Assembly (NCBI GenBank): GCA_013166835.1
Contig: JABLTI010000142.1
Location: forward strand, 1-12,828
Direction: 5' to 3'
DNA from: Promethearchaeati archaeon
Lineage (GTDB): Archaea; Asgardarchaeota; Heimdallarchaeia; JABLTI01
DNA length: 12,828 nucleotides
Position numbers and translations under genes: made by a program. Positions 1-8,249 of the stretch are shown here, piece by piece. Each line of letters opens with the position of its first letter. The stretch's first letter is position 1. The notes beneath the pieces were generated by a model. It was not told where the DNA came from. It did not search any database and saw only the letters and a program-made list of their open reading frames with translations.

Positions 1-426
1 GTAATAAAAAATGGAAGAGTTATTGATGGAACGGGTAATCCTTGGTTTAAAGCAGATATTGGAATAACCAAAGGTAAAATTACTAAAATTGGCTTAATAG
101 AACCAAGTGAGAAAACAAAGGTAATAGATGCTACAAAATTGATTGTTTCTCCGGGATTTATTGATATACATTCACATTCTGATTATTCTATACCTTTTGA
201 TCCAATGGTAATCTCTACTATCCATCAAGGAATTACTACCTTAGTTGTTGGAATGTGTGGAGCATCATTAGCTCCTGTAAATCCAGAGAAGCAAGAATTA
301 TTTGACAAAGAGTTTTCTATGGCGGCACCACCAGGCTTGGAGTTTAATGTCACATGGACTTCTTATAGTGAATATCTTGATTTGGTTGCTCATCGAATGT
401 TGCTTATATCCTTGGATTTGGTATGA
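1..426 (+). CDS. N-acyl-D-amino-acid deacylase (amidohydrolase-3 family), N-terminal part; 5'-partial, homology lost after about 383
   Basis: Frame 1 is open from base 1: VIKNGRVIDGTGNPWFKADIGITKGKI...IDATKLIVSPGFIDIHSHSD (amidohydrolase N-terminal beta domain and HxHxD metal motif), then QGITTLVVGMCG and WTSYSEYLD. The ORF-track start at 139 is an internal TTG. Confidence 0.88.
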   Translation, partial: VIKNGRVIDGTGNPWFKADIGITKGKITKIGLIEPSEKTKVIDATKLIVSPGFIDIHSHSDYSIPFDPMVISTIHQGITTLVVGMCGASLAPVNPEKQELFDKEFSMAAPPGLEFNVTWTSYSEYLDLVAHRMLLISLDLV

Positions 427-1592
427 TTCGCTTGGCTGCAATGGGTTATGAAGATCGCAAACCAACAAAAGATGAAATGCAAAAAATGAAAGATTATATA
501 CGAGATGCAATGGAAGCTGGTGCTTTTGGTATTTCCACCGGTCTGATTTACACACCTCAAGCATATGCAGAAACAGATGAAGTTCTTGAATTAACAAAAG
601 AAGTAGCTAAATACAATGGGCTTTATTTTAGCCATATTAGAAATGAAGGAAATCTAGTGATAGAAGCAATACAAGAAGTGATTGATATTGTTGAACAATC
701 TGGTTGCAGAGGTGGACAAATCGCTCATCACAAAGTTTCTGGCAAGGCTAATTGGGGTCGTAGTAAAGAAACTCTCAAACTAATCGAAGAAACAAATCAG
801 CGCGGTATTAACATTACTTGCGATCAATATCCTTACAACCGAGGTGCAACCTCACTGATGACTCTTCTGCCTCCTTGGAGTCATGAAGGAGGACCTGAGA
901 AGCTAGTTGAACGATTAAAGGATCCTAAAGAAAAAGAAAAAATCAAAAAGGATCTTTATGCTGGTACTAACTTTGAGAGTTTTGTTAAGAATATTGGTTG
1001 GGAATGCGTCTACATATCTTCCCTTGAAACTGAAAAATGGTCCAAATATATGGGTAAATCACTAACAGAAATAACAAAAGCAGAGGGCAAAGAAGATGAG
1101 TTTGAAGTACTGTGTGAGATACTAATCGACGAAGAAGCTAAGGGTGGAATGACCGTTGAAAGCATGGGCGAAGAAGACATTCAACGAATTATGAAAGGAC
1201 GATATACAATGATTGGTTGTGATGGATCATCAATACCACTCACAGGACCATTAAGCTATGGTAAACCTCATCCTCGTTTCTATGGTACATTTCCAAGGGT
1301 GCTTGGTCATTTTGTAAGAGAGAAAAAGATTATGTCATTAGAAACTGCAATACGTAAAATAACATCTTTTCCTGCTCAAACATTAGGTCTTGCTGATCGA
1401 GGTTTAATAAAGAAGAACATGTGGGCAGATATAGTTGTATTTGATCAAGAAAAAATAATTGATAAAGCAACTTTTACAAATCCACATCAATTATCCGTTG
1501 GAATAGAATATGTGCTCGTAAATGGTGATATAGTAATAGAAAAAGGCGAACATCAAAGTAATTTACCTGGTAAGACACTAAGAAGCACTTAG
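384..1592 (+). CDS. N-acyl-D-amino-acid deacylase, C-terminal part (same gene as 1..383, joined across a frameshift/deletion)
   Basis: Frame 3 is open from 381 (TGA at 378-380) and reads GCSSNVAYILGFGMIRLAAMG...AMEAGAFGISTGLIYTP...SHIRNEG...AHHK...DQYPY...MIGCDG...PHPRFYGTFPRVLG...GLIKKNMWADIVVFD. These are typical D-aminoacylase motifs. Confidence 0.9.
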   Translation, partial: GCSSNVAYILGFGMIRLAAMGYEDRKPTKDEMQKMKDYIRDAMEAGAFGISTGLIYTPQAYAETDEVLELTKEVAKYNGLYFSHIRNEGNLVIEAIQEVIDIVEQSGCRGGQIAHHKVSGKANWGRSKETLKLIEETNQRGINITCDQYPYNRGATSLMTLLPPWSHEGGPEKLVERLKDPKEKEKIKKDLYAGTNFESFVKNIGWECVYISSLETEKWSKYMGKSLTEITKAEGKEDEFEVLCEILIDEEAKGGMTVESMGEEDIQRIMKGRYTMIGCDGSSIPLTGPLSYGKPHPRFYGTFPRVLGHFVREKKIMSLETAIRKITSFPAQTLGLADRGLIKKNMWADIVVFDQEKIIDKATFTNPHQLSVGIEYVLVNGDIVIEKGEHQSNLPGKTLRST

Positions 1593-1612
1593 TTTCTTTA
1601 CCATATAATTAC

Positions 1613-1624
1613 CTTTTTTTTCTA
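1613..1624 (+). terminator. Oligo-T tract after the deacylase stop; possible archaeal-type terminator
   Basis: CTTTTTTTTCTA about 20 nt after the TAG at 1590-1592, with no GC hairpin. Confidence 0.3.
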
Positions 1625-1670
1625 TCAGTTTAACGATAATTTTTTTTAAGGCTGCTTTCAATTTCGAGTT

Positions 1671-3044
1671 ATGACAGAAAAAACATCAAAGAAAAAACTT
1701 CTCAAACAAGCCCTTCATCTCATAGATAATTGGCTAGATTATCAAACATATTTTAAGGAAATTCCTGGTGTTGCAGTTGGGATTTTCATAGAGGATGAAA
1801 TAGTCTTCAAAAAAGAATATGGCTACGCTAATCTTGAGAAGAAAATAAAACTTACTGATCAGCATCTATTTCGTATTGCTTCGCATTCTAAGCTTTTTAC
1901 AGCAACAGCAATTATGAAGCTTTATCATGAAGAAAAACTTTCAATTGATGATAAAATTTCAAAATATTTACCTTGGTTTACATCTGAAAAAGATGAGAAC
2001 CTCAAAAACATACGAATTCGTCACCTACTCACACACTCAAGTGGAATGACACGAGATGGCAAAACTGCACATTGGAGGACATATGAGTTTCCTGGAATCG
2101 AGGAAATAATGGCTCAAGTTACAGAGGGAGTAAGTTATTTTGAAACAAGCGAGCTATTAAAATATTCTAATTTCGGTTACACTTTATTAGGTCAAATAAT
2201 AGAAACAATTTCTGGTCAAACCTATCACGACTATGTACAAAAAGAAATTCTTGAACCACTTGGCATGGAAAATACTGTGACTGATGTTAATGAATCAAAT
2301 CTCGCAAGACATGCAACTGGATATAAAGTAAAATTCCCTAGAAAAGAACGAGAGCAATTAGAACATATTCCGGCAAGAATTATGCATTCAGCAACAGGCT
2401 TGAGTAGCACAACTGAAGATTTGATCAAATTCTACCAAGCTCATATCTTCGGAAATGATATTTTATTCCCAGATTATATTAAACGAGAAATGCAACGAAT
2501 ACAATTTAAATCCAAGATGGCTAACTGGGGATTAGGTTTTAGCATAACTAGTTTACCTAATATCGATATTGCAGGTCATGGTGGTGGCTACCCAGGTTTC
2601 ATTACAAGATCTGGAGTCATTCAAGATCAGAAAATAATTGTTGTAGTTCTTACAAATGCAATAAATGGACCAGCTCTAACTCTATTTCTGGGTATAAACA
2701 AAATATTTGATAAACTTGCGAAAGAAGAAGAAAAATTAACCCCTAAGCTAGAAGAAAAAATTCTGGATATGAAAGACATTATTGGATTTTATGAAAATGA
2801 TTGGGGCATTTCATTATTTAGTCAGATTGGTTCCAAACTTGTAGTTATTGGTCCAAGTGATGATAACCCAGCGGAATTCATTCAAATCTATAAACATAAA
2901 GAAGGTCATAAATTCATAGCTCCAAAAGAACCACCTTTTGCTTCTCCAGGACAAGAAATCGAGTTTATTGAAGGTCCTAACAAGGAGAAGATCTTCGTTG
3001 ATAGTCATGGAGGAAAAAACAAACGATTTGAATTCTCTTACTGA
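1671..3044 (+). CDS. Serine hydrolase, beta-lactamase class C / D-aminopeptidase-like fold, with C-terminal extension
   Basis: SxxK in FRIASHSK, IRHLLTHSSG, YxN in KYSNFGYTLLG, ILEPLGM and GHGGGYPGF. No signal peptide is evident, so it is probably cytoplasmic. Confidence 0.9.
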   Translation: MTEKTSKKKLLKQALHLIDNWLDYQTYFKEIPGVAVGIFIEDEIVFKKEYGYANLEKKIKLTDQHLFRIASHSKLFTATAIMKLYHEEKLSIDDKISKYLPWFTSEKDENLKNIRIRHLLTHSSGMTRDGKTAHWRTYEFPGIEEIMAQVTEGVSYFETSELLKYSNFGYTLLGQIIETISGQTYHDYVQKEILEPLGMENTVTDVNESNLARHATGYKVKFPRKEREQLEHIPARIMHSATGLSSTTEDLIKFYQAHIFGNDILFPDYIKREMQRIQFKSKMANWGLGFSITSLPNIDIAGHGGGYPGFITRSGVIQDQKIIVVVLTNAINGPALTLFLGINKIFDKLAKEEEKLTPKLEEKILDMKDIIGFYENDWGISLFSQIGSKLVVIGPSDDNPAEFIQIYKHKEGHKFIAPKEPPFASPGQEIEFIEGPNKEKIFVDSHGGKNKRFEFSY

Positions 3045-3066
3045 TTTTTAAAAGGTATTGAAGAAG

Positions 3067-3300
3067 TTAATCTTCTTCATGCCAATAATTTCCTTTTTGT
3101 CTTCTTTTTAATTCTGCTTGTTTTGATCTATTCCAATTACCTATAACACTAAAATAACCAACTACTCTACTTATGCCGTAAACGTTTTCACTGCCACAAT
3201 CTGGACAATATGGATTAACAATATCATCAGATTTGTCTATTGTATCCTCAATTGGACTCTTTTTTGCTTTGGTTTTTTTTTGTGATTCCGTATGTGCTAT
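3067..3300 (-). CDS. Small stand-alone protein resembling the C-terminal zinc-knuckle/glycyl-radical domain of anaerobic (class III) ribonucleotide reductase NrdD
   Basis: Manual translation, absent from the ORF track: (I/M)AHTESQKKTKAKKSPIEDTIDKSDDIVNPYCPDCGSENVYGISRVVGYFSVIGNWNRSKQAELKRRQKGNYWHEED*, 77 aa, TAA at 3069-3067. It matches the NrdD C-terminal pattern CPxCGS-x(6)-R[VI]xGY-x(6)-WNxxKxxExxxR. There is an in-frame TGA at 3312-3310, and GAGGG lies 6 nt before the ATA at 3300. Confidence 0.82.
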   Translation of the reverse strand: MAHTESQKKTKAKKSPIEDTIDKSDDIVNPYCPDCGSENVYGISRVVGYFSVIGNWNRSKQAELKRRQKGNYWHEED

Positions 3301-3415
3301 TTTTATCCCTCAGTATCTCGAGTTATATGAATTTCTCACATAATTACTGAGTTGTTTTCTATTTAAAATTACAAACTCGAGAGATGACAGAAACTAATTT
3401 TGAAGAACTCAAGAA

Positions 3416-6400
3416 TTACTTTGATCGTCCAATGACACTTTTCAAATAACGACCTGTAATTGAATTATTATTACTACTCACTTGCTCAGGTGTTCCCTCT
3501 GCTACGATTCTTCCACCTTTTTCTCCACCATCCGGTCCGAGATCAATAACCCAATCTGCACATTTGATAACATCAAGATTATGCTCTATGATGATTACTG
3601 TGTTTCCACCATCAACCAGTTTCTGTAAAATATTCATTAGTTTATGGACATCGAATGCTGCAAGTCCTACTGTTGGTTCATCTAGTAGATAGAGAGTTTT
3701 TGTTGTTTGAGGTCGACACAATTCAGAAGCTAATTTGACTCTTTGAGCTTCTCCGCCTGATAGGGTAGTAGCTGATTGTCCTAATTGTAAGTATCCTAAA
3801 CCAACTTCAACCATGATCTTTAGAATCTTCATTATCTTCGGTTGATTCTCAAAGAACGGCATCGCATCTTCAACAGTCATTTCTAGTACATCTGCAATAC
3901 TTTTCTCTTTGAATTTCACTTTCATAGTTTCACGATTATAACGTCTACCAAAACACTCCTCACAAGTGATTTCTACATTGCTTAGAAAGAGCATCTCCAC
4001 TTCTTTAATTCCTCTTCCACGACATGCAGGACATCTACCTTTCGAATTATTGTAGGAGAATCTTGAATTTGTGAATCCTCTGATTTTTGCTTCTGGTAGT
4101 TTAGCAAATAAATCTCTAATATAATCAAATAATCCTGTGTAGGTTGCTGGATTGGATCTGGGAGTTCGGCCTATAGGATCTTGATTAATAAGAACGACTT
4201 TGTCTAGTTTTTCTATTCCCTCAATCTTGGAATAATTTCCTTGCTCTTTTCTTGATCTATGAAACGCTTTCGCTAATACTGGATACAGTGTTTCAATAAG
4301 AAGTGAGCTTTTTCCTGATCCGCTTACTCCAGTCAAACAATTAAAAACTCCTAAAGGAAATCTAGCAGTTATATTTTGAAGATTATTTTGACTAACTCCC
4401 TCAATGGTCAAGAATTCTTTTCCTTTGCGCCGTTTCTTTGGCATTTTTATTTCTAATAGTCCGCTTAAGTATTGACCAGTTAGTGATTTCTTATTATCCA
4501 TTATTGCTTTCAGATTCCCTTCTGCAACAATTTTTCCACCATTTACTCCTGCACCAGGACCCATGTCAATAATATGATCTGCACTTCGAATAGTGGCCTC
4601 ATCGTGTTCAATAACAACTACAGTGTTACCTAGACCTCGTAATTCATATAATGTATTTATTAATCGATTATTATCTCGAGGATGTAAGCCTATACTGGGT
4701 TCATCAAGTACATAGAGCACACCAACCAATTTATTACCAATTTGTGTTGCTAAACGAATTCTTTGTGCTTCTCCTCCAGATAGCGTTCTAGATTCTCTAT
4801 CTAAAGCTAAGTAATCTAATCCGACATCAACTAAGAATCCTAATCTATCCAAGATTTCCTCTACTAATCCTTGTGCTACTATTTGATCTGATCCACCAAA
4901 AGATAAGTTTGTGAAGAAATTATTTGCTTCATTTATGGAACATTTAGTAACTTCATTGATATTTAATCCACCAATTCTTACTGCTAACCAATCTGGCTTC
5001 AATCTGGTTCCATTACAATCAGAACAAACTTGTATTCGAGTAAACTTATCCATCCAGTTAATGAACCAATATGATTTCGTATTTGTTATCCATCGCTCAT
5101 AAATTGGGATTAAACCTCTCCATTCTCTCTCTCGCTCATAAGTATAAGAATAGTTCTTTCTTTTAATGTCCCTTCGTAATTTCAATATTTCATCAGAACC
5201 ATAGAAGAGAACCTGATACTGTTCTTTTGTTAAATCGCCAATTGGAGTATCTAAAGTAAAACCAAAATGTTCGCCCAAACTCTTTAGTAATGAAACAAGC
5301 CAGCTTCCTTCATCCTTATTTTCGCTTATGGGTCCAATTGCACCTTGTTTAATGGATTTAGATGTATCTACAATGAACAAATCTGGGTCTATTGATTTTA
5401 CAACGCCTAAACCTTTACACTTTTCACATGCACCAATGTGCGAATTAAATGAGAACATCTTTGGAGTGAATTTCTCAGGTAGTTCTATTCCACAATCAAA
5501 ACACAATCTTTTCGTGCTAAAAGATAATGCTTCCCCATTAACTGCTATTTTTACAACTCCATTTCCTTTATGAAGTGCTGTTTCAATTGATTCAAAAATC
5601 TGTCCTTTATCTTCTGAATCAATTACTAAACGATCAACAACGAGATCAATTGTATGCTCCTTTTCCTTATCTAAATGAGTTTCACTGGATGTCACTATAT
5701 CTTCTAGAAGTGTTTCCTTCTTTTCATCTATAATTACTCGAGTAAATCCTTCTTTTATTAACTCTTTAATTAAGGGCTTATAGTTACCCTTTGATTTCTT
5801 GACGAGTGGTGCGATAATATTTACTCTTGTCCCATCACCAAATTGAAGAGTTCTTTTTACCATTTCTTCTAAAGTAAGAGGACTAATATCTTTTCCACAT
5901 TTTGGACAGTACGCAATCCCCACGGTTGCATACAAAAGTCTTAGATAATCATTAATTTCTGTAACAGTACCAACAGTGGAGCGCGGATTTCTACCTGCTG
6001 ATTTCTGATTAATAGCGATTGCTGGAGATAATCCTTCTATTTTATCCACATCAGCGTTATCCATTCTTCCCAAAAATTGTCGTGCATAAGTTGATAATGA
6101 TTCCACAAATCTTCTTTGTCCTTCTGCGAATATTGTGTCTAAAGCTAAGGATGATTTACCTGATCCGCTTATTCCAGTTATAACTGTCAGTTTATTTTTT
6201 GGAATCTTTACATCAATGTTTTTTAGATTATTTTTTCTGGCTCCCACTACACTAATTGCATTTCTTGGTTTGATCTTTCTCTTTCCATCTTCTTGCTTAT
6301 CCTCTATTATTTTGGGTTCCACAACAAGTTCATCAGTAAGGACCTTGCGAATAGCTACTCCAGTATAGGAATCCTTCTTTTTAGCAAGTGATTCAGGAGT

Positions 6401-6595
6401 TCCTGCTGTTATTATTTCTCCTCCATTTTCTCCCCCTTCAGGTCCTAGATCTATTACCCAATCAGCACATTTAATCACATCTAAGTTGTGCTCTACAACA
6501 ATTACTGTGTTCCCTGCTTCTACTAGTCTATTTAAAACAGTTAAGAGATTATTAACGTCATAAGAATGCAAACCAACTGTTGGTTCTTCTAAGAT
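3416..6595 (-). CDS. uvrA: UvrA fragment 3: C-terminus of unit 1, charged linker, and a complete second UvrA unit
   Basis: Frame reads ILEEPTVGLHSYDV...GNTVIVVEHNLDVIKCADWVIDLGPEGG, then a linker at about 6337-6263, then AISVVGARKNNLKNI... with both Walker A, both LSGGEAQR and both Walker B (LDEP) motifs through to the TAA at 3418-3416. Confidence 0.92.
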   Translation of the reverse strand: MLEEPTVGLHSYDVNNLLTVLNRLVEAGNTVIVVEHNLDVIKCADWVIDLGPEGGENGGEIITAGTPESLAKKKDSYTGVAIRKVLTDELVVEPKIIEDKQEDGKRKIKPRNAISVVGARKNNLKNIDVKIPKNKLTVITGISGSGKSSLALDTIFAEGQRRFVESLSTYARQFLGRMDNADVDKIEGLSPAIAINQKSAGRNPRSTVGTVTEINDYLRLLYATVGIAYCPKCGKDISPLTLEEMVKRTLQFGDGTRVNIIAPLVKKSKGNYKPLIKELIKEGFTRVIIDEKKETLLEDIVTSSETHLDKEKEHTIDLVVDRLVIDSEDKGQIFESIETALHKGNGVVKIAVNGEALSFSTKRLCFDCGIELPEKFTPKMFSFNSHIGACEKCKGLGVVKSIDPDLFIVDTSKSIKQGAIGPISENKDEGSWLVSLLKSLGEHFGFTLDTPIGDLTKEQYQVLFYGSDEILKLRRDIKRKNYSYTYEREREWRGLIPIYERWITNTKSYWFINWMDKFTRIQVCSDCNGTRLKPDWLAVRIGGLNINEVTKCSINEANNFFTNLSFGGSDQIVAQGLVEEILDRLGFLVDVGLDYLALDRESRTLSGGEAQRIRLATQIGNKLVGVLYVLDEPSIGLHPRDNNRLINTLYELRGLGNTVVVIEHDEATIRSADHIIDMGPGAGVNGGKIVAEGNLKAIMDNKKSLTGQYLSGLLEIKMPKKRRKGKEFLTIEGVSQNNLQNITARFPLGVFNCLTGVSGSGKSSLLIETLYPVLAKAFHRSRKEQGNYSKIEGIEKLDKVVLINQDPIGRTPRSNPATYTGLFDYIRDLFAKLPEAKIRGFTNSRFSYNNSKGRCPACRGRGIKEVEMLFLSNVEITCEECFGRRYNRETMKVKFKEKSIADVLEMTVEDAMPFFENQPKIMKILKIMVEVGLGYLQLGQSATTLSGGEAQRVKLASELCRPQTTKTLYLLDEPTVGLAAFDVHKLMNILQKLVDGGNTVIIIEHNLDVIKCADWVIDLGPDGGEKGGRIVAEGTPEQVSSNNNSITGRYLKSVIGRSK

Positions 6596-8249
6596 GTTTG
6601 ATATAACCTAGTCCGACATCTTGCATTGTTTGTATAATGGTTGATATTTTTGGATGATCTATAAAGAACTCAATAGCTTTATTGATAGTCATATCTAAAA
6701 CTTGATGGATATTCTTATCTCGATATCTTATTTCTAAAGTTTCAGCACTATATCGTTTTCCCTCGCAAACCTCGCATTCAACTTCGATATTGGGAAGAAA
6801 TTGCATTTCAATTCTATTATAACCTAATCCGTTACAAGCAGAACATCTTCCCTGTTTTGTATTAAACGAAAATCTCCCTTTCTTGAATCCTCTTGCCTTT
6901 GATATTGGTAATGAAGCATAAAAGTCTCTTATATGATCAAGAACTTTGGTATACGTTGCTGGAACAGATCTTGGAGTGTATCCAATTGGTGATTGATCAA
7001 TCTCAATTACTTTATCTAAAAATTCCTCTCCTTCAATGCGTGAATATTTTCCAGGTTTGGTTTTCGCTCGATTTAATGTTCTTGCTAATGCCTTCCATAA
7101 AATATCGGAAACCAGAGAACTCTTCCCTGATCCGGAAACCCCTGTTACACAAATAAATAGTCCTAATGGAAACTCAACATCAATTTCTTTTAGGTTATGT
7201 TCTGCTGCACCATAAACTGATAATACTTTACCATTTCCTTTTCTTCTTTTCTTAGGAATTTTAATTACATCTCTTCCTGAAAGATATCTGCCAGTAATAG
7301 ACTGTTTCTTACCCGCAATCGCATTTGCAGGTCCTTCCATAATAATTTCTCCACCAAAATTGCCTGCTTTTGGACCAATATCAATCAACCAATCCGCAGC
7401 AAGCATTGTATCGATATCATGTTCGGAAACCAGAACAGTATTTCCTTTATCTCGCAGATTTTGTAGTGTATTTATTAGCTTTAAATTATCTCTATTATGC
7501 AATCCTATACTTGGTTCATCAAGAATATAGAGCACATTTTCTAAACTGGAACCAATTTGAGTTCCTAATCTTATTCTTTGACTTTCTCCACCTGAAAGCG
7601 AATTAGCTCGTCGACTTAGAGTTAAGTAAGGTAACCCAACATCAATTAGGAACTGCAATCGTATTGTAATTTCTTTTAGTAAACTTTTAGCTATTTTTTT
7701 CTCTGTAGCTGTTAGTTGTATAGCTTTGAAGAAATTCATACACTCGTTTATAGAAAAACTTGCAATTTCTGCAATATTTCTTCCTTTAAAGTAAACAGAT
7801 TGACTTTCTCTTCTTAATCCCGAGCCAATACATTCAGGACAAATTGCTGGAGAAGTATAGCTTTGAATCATATCTCTTATGTATTGTGAGCTAGTTCTCT
7901 TGAACCGACTCATAATATGGGGTCCGATTCCACTAAATCTTATTTTGGTCGAACCTTTTCCGACTCCTCCTCTTTTATCCTCCCAGGTGAAATGATAATC
8001 TACAAGCAGTTGTTTCTTTGGTCCGTAAAAGAAATCTTGCCATTGTTGGTCTGTAAGTTCAGTAAATGGTGTATCTATTGTAAACCCAAGTGCTTCTACT
8101 ATAGCTTGCATTCTTTTTAATCGCATATTGGTTGCACGAAATCTTTGAGTATTATGATCAAAGTCAGCTAATGCTCCCTTAACAAGAGACAATCTTTTAT
8201 CAACAACTAGATAATCAGGATCAATTTCAACAGTGGATCCAAGACCTTT
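6558..8249 (-). CDS. uvrA: UvrA fragment 2: insertion domain, first ABC C-half and most of the second ABC of unit 1
   Basis: Homology starts at 8249 (KGLGSTVEIDPDYLVVDKRLSLVKGAL), upstream of the ORF-track start at 8192. It includes LSGGESQRIRLGTQIGS, LYILDEPSIGLH, GVSGSGKSS and CSAC/CEVC. Homology ends at DVGLGYIK (6597). Confidence 0.88.
   Translation of the reverse strand, partial: KGLGSTVEIDPDYLVVDKRLSLVKGALADFDHNTQRFRATNMRLKRMQAIVEALGFTIDTPFTELTDQQWQDFFYGPKKQLLVDYHFTWEDKRGGVGKGSTKIRFSGIGPHIMSRFKRTSSQYIRDMIQSYTSPAICPECIGSGLRRESQSVYFKGRNIAEIASFSINECMNFFKAIQLTATEKKIAKSLLKEITIRLQFLIDVGLPYLTLSRRANSLSGGESQRIRLGTQIGSSLENVLYILDEPSIGLHNRDNLKLINTLQNLRDKGNTVLVSEHDIDTMLAADWLIDIGPKAGNFGGEIIMEGPANAIAGKKQSITGRYLSGRDVIKIPKKRRKGNGKVLSVYGAAEHNLKEIDVEFPLGLFICVTGVSGSGKSSLVSDILWKALARTLNRAKTKPGKYSRIEGEEFLDKVIEIDQSPIGYTPRSVPATYTKVLDHIRDFYASLPISKARGFKKGRFSFNTKQGRCSACNGLGYNRIEMQFLPNIEVECEVCEGKRYSAETLEIRYRDKNIHQVLDMTINKAIEFFIDHPKISTIIQTMQDVGLGYIKHLRRTNSWFAFL

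Noticed and set aside
298-597. 99-aa minus-strand ORF
   Set aside because: Antisense shadow of the deacylase with no recognisable motif.
2231-3008. Two short minus-strand ORFs (2231-2428, 2814-3008)
   Set aside because: Antisense to the well-supported serine hydrolase.
1671-3044. Calling the serine hydrolase a true AmpC beta-lactamase (resistance gene)
   Set aside because: It has HGG rather than KTG in motif 3, no signal peptide and an extra C-terminal domain, and the fold is shared by many peptidases and esterases.
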